The notes below the pieces were generated by a model that was given only the letters and a program-made list of their open reading frames with translations, ran no database searches and was not told where the DNA came from. Both the position numbers and the translations under genes were made by a program. A stretch of 11,816 nt of DNA from a bacterium (GTDB lineage: Bacteria > Cyanobacteriota > Vampirovibrionia > Gastranaerophilales > JBAXKC01), in assembly GCA_037137535.1 (NCBI GenBank), contig JBAXKC010000056.1, forward strand, positions 1 to 11,816, given 5' to 3'. Of this stretch, positions 1-6,536 are shown piece by piece; position 1 is the first letter of the stretch; the number at the start of each line of letters is the position of its first letter.

Positions 1-28
1 CGTTTCTACTATACATTTTCTCGGAGGT

Positions 29-346
29 TTACACAAAATTATTTATGGATTCTATTAAATAAAAACCTTTTCTAAAATAACTTTTAATATTATTTTTCCA
101 ACATGGCAATAAAGGGTAATTCCCCTTTATCTCATTATGTACGAACTGTATGATATATCCTGAAATCATAATGCCTAATGGTTGTATTACCATTAATATA
201 ATTATAGCTAAAAGCTGAGGGTTCTCTTTAGAATTTTCAACTAATACAAAGAATAATGAATTAATAATACCCAAAATAGTTAATGTTATAAACCAATTAT
301 TACCATTAAAAGGTGATTTCAAAGCTCTTTTTATATCTAATTTCAT
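29..346 (-). CDS. DUF4013-like membrane protein, short (possibly 3'-truncated)
   Basis: MKLDIKRALKSPF...W..TLTILGII, GYIIQF, LPCW and FRKGF match the N-terminal half of DUF4013 proteins (recalled pattern A..PF...W...IGG, GY, LP.W, F..G). The start is probably the second Met (346), not 367. The ORF ends after about 105 aa, shorter than typical family members. Confidence 0.6.
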   Translation of the reverse strand: MKLDIKRALKSPFNGNNWFITLTILGIINSLFFVLVENSKENPQLLAIIILMVIQPLGIMISGYIIQFVHNEIKGNYPLLPCWKNNIKSYFRKGFYLIESINNFV

Positions 347-423
347 AGTTCTTACCCATGTTTCCAATAAGAATTATTTTAATACATATATAAAACTGAT
401 AAAACAAATATCGTTTGATTTAT

Positions 424-695
424 CAGTTGTCTGAAAACTAATTAAAAATGTATCATATTATTGTCGAGTAATTAAAGAGAGACTCGATTACAATGAAATC
501 CAAGTGATTTAACAAACAAAGAATGGCAAATTTAAAAAGAATATATTCCACCAACAAAAGCTGGCTGGCGTCCTCGTAAACATGACATGCCAGAAGTACA
601 CCAGCAGGGGGTCAAGGCTTTAAATAATTTCTTCGTAAAAGATGAAATTAACGAACAAAAACTAATCTATGCTGTTCGATAAATTCTATCAAGAA
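424..695 (+). pseudogene. Degenerate, internally deleted IS5-family (IS1031-like) transposase relic
   Basis: 497-598 translates to NPSDLTNKEWQI*KEYIPPTKAGWRPRKHDMPEV, matching the IS5/DUF4096 N-terminus (YPSDLTDxEW..L...IP....GGRPR..DMREV) with one in-frame TAA at 533-535. 601-645 gives PAGGQGFK*FLRKR*, resembling the C-terminal GF.vlpKRW motif. CAGTTGTCTGAAAACT (424-439) resembles IS1031-group terminal IRs. The right boundary is approximate. Confidence 0.75.
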
Positions 696-710
696 ATATA
701 TTGATATATC

Positions 711-738
711 TTGAAATGGTTAAAAATATTGTTATAAT
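711..738 (+). promoter_or_regulatory. Sigma70-type promoter of the RHH-Doc TA operon
   Basis: TTGAAA (711-716), 16-bp spacer, extended -10 TGtTATAAT (730-738), 32 bp upstream of the ATG at 771. An imperfect inverted repeat TCAAGA(689-694)...TCTTGA(709-714) overlaps the -35. Confidence 0.65.
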
Positions 739-770
739 TAATAATAAGATAAAAAAATGGTATAGAACTT

Positions 771-998
771 ATGAGTAAACCTTTAAAGAAATTTTCAACC
801 CAAGCCGATGAACATCTTTTAGATGAGCTTAAAAAACTTGCGGAAAAAGAAGGCAAACAGTTTCAGGTTTTGGTGAATGAAGCTTTTGAAGATTTGATCG
901 AAAAGAAAAAACAATTAAAGCCAAGAAAACATGTTATCGCTCATTTTGAAAAAAGTATGCTAGAATTCGACGACTTATATAAAGAATTAGCTAAATGA
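771..998 (+). CDS. Ribbon-helix-helix (CopG-like) antitoxin of a Doc-type TA module
   Basis: 75 aa with an RHH-like pattern (KKFSTQADEHLLDELKKLAEKEGKQFQVLVNEAFEDLI). The C-terminal helix FDDLYKELAK is typical of Doc-associated antitoxins. ATGA overlap with the toxin at 995-998. Confidence 0.8.
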   Translation: MSKPLKKFSTQADEHLLDELKKLAEKEGKQFQVLVNEAFEDLIEKKKQLKPRKHVIAHFEKSMLEFDDLYKELAK

Positions 999-1363
999 CA
1001 GAATACATAACAACGATAGAAGTTTTGACTATCCATAAAATACTTGTTGATAAATACGGCGGTTCTCATGGATTGCGTGATGCAGGAGCATTAGAAGCAG
1101 CTTTGTATCGTCCACAGACTGGTTATTATGAAGACATTATCCAGGAAGCAGCAGCTTTATGGGAAAGTCTGTCTCAAAATCACCCATTTATAGACGGAAA
1201 TAAAAGAGTCGCATTTGCAGTTACTCATACGTTTTTAGCTATCAATGGATATAAATTAAAAGTGGATGTGACTGAGTCTATCAAATATATTATTTCTTTA
1301 TATGAAAATCATAATTTTGAATATAAAGAAATTGAAAAGTGGCTAAGAATAAATACTATTTAA
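995..1363 (+). CDS. doc: Doc (death-on-curing) family Fic-domain toxin
   Basis: 122 aa with the Doc-type motif HPFIDGNKR, the N-terminal IH...YGG..GLRD.GALEAAL.RP and AAALWESL. Translationally coupled to the upstream small gene. Confidence 0.93.
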   Translation: MTEYITTIEVLTIHKILVDKYGGSHGLRDAGALEAALYRPQTGYYEDIIQEAAALWESLSQNHPFIDGNKRVAFAVTHTFLAINGYKLKVDVTESIKYIISLYENHNFEYKEIEKWLRINTI

Positions 1364-1472
1364 AATAGAGGTTCTTAATTGATTTTTCTATGGGTAAAAC
1401 CCATCTTCGAAGCTTAAAACTGGTAATAATTAATCTTGTTTTAAATGAATCAGTTATAAAGAATACTAACTG

Positions 1473-1501
1473 TGGTATATTGTATTACATAGTAATACAA
1501 T
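1473..1501 (+). promoter_or_regulatory. Extended -10 promoter and palindromic autoregulatory operator of the second TA module
   Basis: TGgTATATT (1473-1481) overlaps a perfect 10-bp inverted repeat ATTGTATTAC-ata-GTAATACAAT (1479-1501), directly before the SD GAGGTG (1502-1507). This layout is typical of RHH antitoxin operators. Confidence 0.8.
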
Positions 1502-1513
1502 GAGGTGAAAAAG

Positions 1514-1744
1514 ATGGCTTCTGAACAATTTTCATTAAGACTACCAAAAGATACTAAATCTAAACTTGAAGAACTTGCAAAAGCAACAGGTCGTTCAAAG
1601 TCTTTTATTGCTCTTGAAGCTATTGAAAAATACTGTGAGACAGAAGCTTGGCAGCTTACTGCTATTCAAAAAGGACTAAAACAAGCCGAAGATGGTGAAT
1701 TTATCTCTAATGAAGAATTAAAAGCTAATTGGGAAGCTAGATAA
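1514..1744 (+). CDS. CopG/RHH-family antitoxin (RelB/ParD-like)
   Basis: FSLRLPKDTKSKLEELAKATGRSKSFIALEAIEKY...EAWQ..AI..GL..A..GEFIS matches CopG-RHH antitoxins of RelE/ParE modules. The SD GAGGTG favours ATG 1514 over GTG 1505. TAATG overlap with the toxin. Confidence 0.88.
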   Translation: MASEQFSLRLPKDTKSKLEELAKATGRSKSFIALEAIEKYCETEAWQLTAIQKGLKQAEDGEFISNEELKANWEAR

Positions 1745-2022
1745 TGCAAATAAGATGGACAAAACTAGCTCAACAAGATTTAGAATGTATTCAAAAATAT
1801 ATTTATGACAATAATCCAAAAGCGGCTAAAGAAGTTGTTTTGCACATTATCGACAGGATTGAAATTTTAATTCCTGAAAATACCGCTATCGGTAGAACAG
1901 GAAGAGTTTTAGGAACAAGAGAACTTATAATCACAAAATATCCGTATATTGTTCCATATCGTGTAAAAGATAATCAAATTCAAATTCTTAGAGTTTTACA
2001 TACTTCTATGAAGTGGGAATAA
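1744..2022 (+). CDS. RelE/ParE (StbE-like) family type II toxin
   Basis: 92 aa: MQIRWT..AQQDL..I..YI..NNPKAA...GR.GRV.GTREL....YPYIVPYRV....IQILRVLHT...W, the hallmark RelE/ParE addiction-module toxin pattern. Confidence 0.92.
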   Translation: MQIRWTKLAQQDLECIQKYIYDNNPKAAKEVVLHIIDRIEILIPENTAIGRTGRVLGTRELIITKYPYIVPYRVKDNQIQILRVLHTSMKWE

Positions 2023-2127
2023 TTAAGCTTATTTTGTTTCATGAGGATAATCTGAGGTTATTCATATAGGCTAATTCTATAAAAATCATTTAATGAAAAA
2101 TAAGTGAAAACAGGTATTTTTTGCACT

Positions 2128-2160
2128 AAAAAAGCCTTCTGCCAAATCGCCGAAAGCCTT
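2128..2160 (-). terminator. Probable intrinsic terminator downstream of tRNA-Val
   Basis: The minus strand reads AAGGCTTTC-N12-GAAGGCTTT-TTT (stem with G-U pairs) starting 10 nt after the tRNA CCA. The loop is long and the stem weak. Confidence 0.45.
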
Positions 2161-2170
2161 GTTATAATTA

Positions 2171-2246
2171 TGGTGGGCAATACAAGACTCGAACTTGTGA
2201 CCCCTTGAATGTCGATCAAGTGCGCTACCAACTGCGCCAATTGCCC
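2171..2246 (-). tRNA. tRNA-Val (anticodon GAC), CCA encoded
   Basis: Minus strand: GGGCAAT TG GCGC AGTTGGTA GCGC A CTTGA TCGACAT TCAAG GGGTC ACAAG TTCGAGT CTTGT ATTGCCC A CCA. 76 nt, all four stems pair, discriminator A73. Confidence 0.97.
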
Positions 2247-2271
2247 ATATGTTTTTAATTTCTATTACTAT

Positions 2272-2299
2272 GTTATAACACTCTAAAAGTCTTTGTCAA
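2272..2299 (-). promoter_or_regulatory. Sigma70 promoter of tRNA-Val
   Basis: Minus strand TTGACA (2299-2294), 16-bp spacer, TGtTATAAC (-10 at 2277-2272), about 25 nt upstream of the tRNA 5' end. Confidence 0.75.
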
Positions 2300-2400
2300 A
2301 TATTAACTATGTAAAAAAAAGTTCATATTAATATATTACATGGCAATAAATTTTTTGTTCTGTTTTTATTTGGTTAAGTAGTATTTAAAGGTGGTTAGGG

Positions 2401-4527
2401 ATGATTAGGTTTAATAATAACAATGCAAGTGTGGCGTTAAAAGAAAAAAGTAAGATTGAACAAAAACAAAATCAAAACCAGTCTGTTGGTTTTGGTAGAG
2501 CGTTATCCACTGATGAAAGAAAAGATTATAGTAAATATCTTGAGACCTCGCTTAAAACATTAGGAATTCAAAATTTCTCATTAATTCTTCATTCAACTGC
2601 ATTTCCGTCAAATCCAAAGTGTGATACAGGATTAGGGTCTTCTTCTTCAAAAAACTCACAAGAGTTTTTGAAATTTGTAAAAGATACAACTGCGTTTAAT
2701 GTATTAACTCTTGGTCCTGAAGGTGATATGCAGCTTGAAACACATAAAGATGGAACAAAAGTAGTTCCTGCAAGTAGATGTCCTTATGCAGGTGCATCTT
2801 TTGCTTTTGCATCCAATGTTATTGATCCTGAAGCGGTCAAAGGACTTGGATTAGTTTCTGAAGAGGATGTTAAAAAAGTAACATTAAAACCCTCTGACGA
2901 TGGATTTAAACAAAGACAACAAGGCTGGCAACATTACGAAAAATATAATGCAACTTATAGCGATTTCTTAAAAACAGCATTTAATAATTTTAAAAAACTA
3001 GGCAAAGTAGAATCCCCTACTCCTAAACAAGCTGAGCTTGTTAAAGATTATAAAAGTTTTTGCAACAATCCTGTTATAAGTAAATGGCTTGATAATCAGG
3101 CTTTATTCTACGCTATTGCAGAAACTAAATACCATGGAAATAAAAAAACAGGCGGAAGACCTGAATTTGATGATAATGGCAGAATGATACAAGGTAAAAT
3201 AAAAGAGGGAACTGCTTGGAGCGACCTCGATAAGAATTTATTAAAGTATGCTAATGATCCAAACTCTCCTAAACATAATGAAGCATTAGAAGAAAAACAA
3301 AATATATTAGAAAATAACAAAGAGGAAATTGATACTTTTAAATTTGTTCAATTCCTTGCTTATAAACAAAAAGCAGATATGAAAGAATATGCTAACAGTA
3401 TTGGAATTAAAGTAATGTCTGACTGCCCTATCGGCTCTGCTGATATTGACGCTTTCAGTTTCCCGGCTTCCTTTGATCCTGAAGAAAGAAACTTTGGAAC
3501 TAACAGCGATAACTGGGGAATTAAAGCATTCCATTTCTGGGATAAGGCTGGAGAAGATTATGTTCAGACCAAGTATCAAAATACATTTGGAGCGGAAAAA
3601 TTTAAAGTCCATGACGGGACAAGAATTGATGCTGCCTGGGAATATATTGAGCCAATTCTTTGGAATAACCACGGGTTTCAACAAATTAATAATGTAGCTC
3701 CAGATAAATTCCTTGGAAATATTAGAAATGCCGTTGAAAAATTAACCGCTCAAGAAGTAAAAGAAAAAATGGGATTAAAACCTGAAGAAGAAGTTCCACA
3801 AGATAAAAAACAAGAATTTGAAAAGAAAAATCAAAAAGCTCTTGAAGGTAAACTTAATATGATCATTACCGAAATAACAGGAAGCCGTGATGATGGCTGG
3901 ATGAAAGGTATTGCTTCAAAATTAGGCTTTAAAAATATTGATTTTGTAAGAAACGGTGCAACTCCTGAAAATACACAAGAGTTAAACTGGTGTACAACAG
4001 GAACACATGATGATGATTCTTTAATTGCTTATAAAAATGGAAATGAAGAAGCAAAAACAGATGCCTTATCCAGTCTTTTCTACGGTGGAAGAAGCTATGG
4101 AAAAGGAGCTGTAAACGTTCAGGTAATGATGAATGATATTTACGGTAAAAAAGGAAGATATAATAATTTCTGGGAATCTAACAGCGATAGTAACTGGAAA
4201 ATTGCTATTAATCAGGATTATGAAAAAGAATATTATTCAAAATTATTATCAACTTATATGCCTGATGAAAAGAACGGTAAAGGTGTAAACATGGCAGAAG
4301 TTCTTGAACGATCTTTATGGTTTAGAATTAATGGCGGAGCCTTAAAAATGGAAGATAAAGTTCCAAATCCGCTTAATCCCGATAAAGACATTACAGTAAA
4401 AGATCTTGTCGGAAAATTAAAAGATTTTAAAGAAATACTTAAATCAACAGTTAAAGAAGGAAATCAAGATATCACTCCTTTAACAACAAAAGAAGCCGAT
4501 AAATTAGTTGATGAAGGCAAAATTTAA
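2401..4527 (+). CDS. malQ: 4-alpha-glucanotransferase / amylomaltase (GH77), divergent
   Basis: Motifs ILH.T.FPS, S.CPY.G.SF, FKFVQFLAYKQ...MKEYA...GIKVMSDCPIG, NWG, RIDA (nucleophile Asp), TEITG (acid/base Glu) and TGTHD (third Asp). SD-like AAGGTGG upstream. Confidence 0.85.
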   Translation: MIRFNNNNASVALKEKSKIEQKQNQNQSVGFGRALSTDERKDYSKYLETSLKTLGIQNFSLILHSTAFPSNPKCDTGLGSSSSKNSQEFLKFVKDTTAFNVLTLGPEGDMQLETHKDGTKVVPASRCPYAGASFAFASNVIDPEAVKGLGLVSEEDVKKVTLKPSDDGFKQRQQGWQHYEKYNATYSDFLKTAFNNFKKLGKVESPTPKQAELVKDYKSFCNNPVISKWLDNQALFYAIAETKYHGNKKTGGRPEFDDNGRMIQGKIKEGTAWSDLDKNLLKYANDPNSPKHNEALEEKQNILENNKEEIDTFKFVQFLAYKQKADMKEYANSIGIKVMSDCPIGSADIDAFSFPASFDPEERNFGTNSDNWGIKAFHFWDKAGEDYVQTKYQNTFGAEKFKVHDGTRIDAAWEYIEPILWNNHGFQQINNVAPDKFLGNIRNAVEKLTAQEVKEKMGLKPEEEVPQDKKQEFEKKNQKALEGKLNMIITEITGSRDDGWMKGIASKLGFKNIDFVRNGATPENTQELNWCTTGTHDDDSLIAYKNGNEEAKTDALSSLFYGGRSYGKGAVNVQVMMNDIYGKKGRYNNFWESNSDSNWKIAINQDYEKEYYSKLLSTYMPDEKNGKGVNMAEVLERSLWFRINGGALKMEDKVPNPLNPDKDITVKDLVGKLKDFKEILKSTVKEGNQDITPLTTKEADKLVDEGKI

Positions 4528-4549
4528 ATCTTATAATAATTATTTTAGT

Positions 4550-4592
4550 AACAACTGCAGTTTTTAAATAAGCTGCAGTTGTTTGTATTTTT
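4550..4592 (+). terminator. Intrinsic terminator after malQ
   Basis: AACAACTGCAG (4550-4560) / CTGCAGTTGTT (4573-4583) form a perfect 11-bp stem, followed by TGTATTTTT, 22 nt after the stop. Confidence 0.8.
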
Positions 4593-4682
4593 AACAAAAA
4601 TAAGTTACATTTGTTTATAATAGCTTATATGAGTTAAATTTAGGGAATAAATCTTTATATAAAGATTCTTGGAGTGTAATTT

Positions 4683-6536
4683 TTGAAAAAAAGCAGGAAA
4701 GCTCAACAACTTGTAGAATTTGTATTGGTTGCCCCTGTTATTATGGCAATTTTAGTTGTTATTGTTGAAATAGGATATGCTATCAATACAAAAATATCAC
4801 TGGGGGAGTCAATAAAATCAAGTATTCCTGCACTAAATCAACTATATAATCAATCAAATACAGAAGCAGCAAAGCTTGAGCTGGTCAGATCAACTCTTGA
4901 AACTTCTATAAAAGGTTATTTTGATAGTCATAATTTACCTAATTCAGACTCAATAAGCGTTTCTATTACTGAACCAGCAAACAGTCAAACTGCGGTTGTA
5001 ACAGCTATTTATTCTTATGAACCTGTGTTTAAGCTCCCTAATTTATTTAATAGCCAACTAATTCCCGACAAATATACCTTTTCCAGTTCACAGGTTATAA
5101 GTAAATCTTTGCTTTCTGCTGGAACTTTTAATTCTCCGCTTTCTACTTATGATCTTTCCTCTTTTGGTAAAACCAACGGCAATTTGGATAGCAGAACAAG
5201 TGCATTAATAAATTCTACTATTGATGGAATTGATTTCAGGTCAAAATTAGCTATTTTATTGAGTTTCAAAACAACAAACGGAGACTCTGCTTATAAATAT
5301 GCCCGATTAGTAAATTGGTGGGGTGAAGATTTACTGCCTCAAAATGAGCTTATAGATATAACGACAGGAACTCTTGCGATTAAATCTCCTTATTATAATG
5401 GAGGAAACTGGTTTGATTCTAAAGTTCCATACACTTGGGCTATTACAGCTTTAGGTTTTACTCAGGCAATATTCACAAAAACTGACTTGGCTGCGAGTGG
5501 AAACCCTATTTATAACGGAAGAAGACTTTTATTTTCAAGTTCTGATTTTAATGATAATTTAGGTGTCAGCTGGTGCGATCAAGGTGCTTCCTATATGGGT
5601 ACTTGTAGTGGGGATGTTTCAGGAACAACTCTTGATAATTATGGAAAAAGAGGATTAAGTTTATTTTATGATACATCAAATGATGCTTATGGTACTTTTG
5701 ATAACGCAGTCTGGTCTACAACAACTGCAGCAAGTGATCCTAAATATGTAAAAAGTGCTGTATATACAAATGCTGCCAATAATTTCATTTTAAGATTATT
5801 TATTCCAAATAATGCAGTAGCTCCAACTGATTCTCAAAATGGTTATAAATCATCATTTTCCATCGATAATAACGGGCAACTTGCGGCAGCAGGAACAGCT
5901 GTTAATATTCAAGATTTATATCTTGATAATGACGGAGATTCAATTCCTAACGCATGGGATAAAGACCCTGAATACATAGACATTGATGGAAATGACAAAA
6001 TTGACGGGACGCAGGCTTCAGTTTTAACTAAAGTTACAGACCTTCCGACTGCTAAAACTACAGCTCAGTTAGCAGTAGGGCAAAGTTATGACTCTACAGT
6101 AAATGGAAATGTTATATGTAGCGGAGCTTCTACTGCTAAAGTTTATTATAAAGTAACTGCTAATTCTGCCGTTACTTTTGCTGCCGACTCAATAATTGTA
6201 CCGTACAGAATGGCCTCTCCATTTACGACCTCAGGAGCAGCAAAAGTGTCTACGCTCAAAACGCCTTATGTCCCTTCTTTTGATAATGTTGACTTAAACA
6301 AAGTAACTTTTAATAAAATAACAAGAACTGCTGGTAATCCATGTACAGAAGTTACTCAAGCCCTTGGTACTTTTATTTATTATAATACCAATAATAATCT
6401 TTATCGTAAAATGCCTTCCTGGATTGATAATCCTGCTCCTTTAATGACTTATTTTTATAATATGTCAACAGGAATAAAAGAACTTGATCAACTTAATCAA
6501 TCTGCATTTATAAATAAAGTGAGTCAAACACGATGA
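4683..6536 (+). CDS. tadE: TadE-like pseudopilin with a very large C-terminal extracellular domain and DxDxDG Ca-binding repeats
   Basis: Prepilin-like leader MKKSRKA|QQLVEFVLVAPV (Glu at +5) followed by a hydrophobic helix. TTG start with SD GGAG (4671-4674). S/T/N/G-rich body. DNDGDSIPNAWDKDP and DIDGNDKIDG at about 5925-6008. Confidence 0.75.
   Translation: MKKSRKAQQLVEFVLVAPVIMAILVVIVEIGYAINTKISLGESIKSSIPALNQLYNQSNTEAAKLELVRSTLETSIKGYFDSHNLPNSDSISVSITEPANSQTAVVTAIYSYEPVFKLPNLFNSQLIPDKYTFSSSQVISKSLLSAGTFNSPLSTYDLSSFGKTNGNLDSRTSALINSTIDGIDFRSKLAILLSFKTTNGDSAYKYARLVNWWGEDLLPQNELIDITTGTLAIKSPYYNGGNWFDSKVPYTWAITALGFTQAIFTKTDLAASGNPIYNGRRLLFSSSDFNDNLGVSWCDQGASYMGTCSGDVSGTTLDNYGKRGLSLFYDTSNDAYGTFDNAVWSTTTAASDPKYVKSAVYTNAANNFILRLFIPNNAVAPTDSQNGYKSSFSIDNNGQLAAAGTAVNIQDLYLDNDGDSIPNAWDKDPEYIDIDGNDKIDGTQASVLTKVTDLPTAKTTAQLAVGQSYDSTVNGNVICSGASTAKVYYKVTANSAVTFAADSIIVPYRMASPFTTSGAAKVSTLKTPYVPSFDNVDLNKVTFNKITRTAGNPCTEVTQALGTFIYYNTNNNLYRKMPSWIDNPAPLMTYFYNMSTGIKELDQLNQSAFINKVSQTR

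Noticed and set aside
1390-1404. Small hairpin ATGGGT-aaa-ACCCAT after doc
   Set aside because: The 6-bp stem lacks a following U-tract, too weak to call a terminator.
700-2170. TA modules as integron cassettes or pdif modules
   Set aside because: I could not find attC-type RYYYAAC...GTTRRRY imperfect palindromes or XerC/D dif-like 28-bp sites around either module.
1-2170. attL/attR duplication of the tRNA 3' end
   Set aside because: No copy of TGGTGGGCAA or similar was seen in the window, and no integrase is present.
2058-2240. 60-aa ORF MAQLVAHLID...
   Set aside because: It is a translation of the tRNA-Val gene and its trailer, so it is spurious.
3108-3697. ORFs 3108-3320(-), 3307-3684(-) and 3446-3697(+)
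   Set aside because: Shadow or alternative-frame ORFs inside the GH77 gene with no recognisable motifs.
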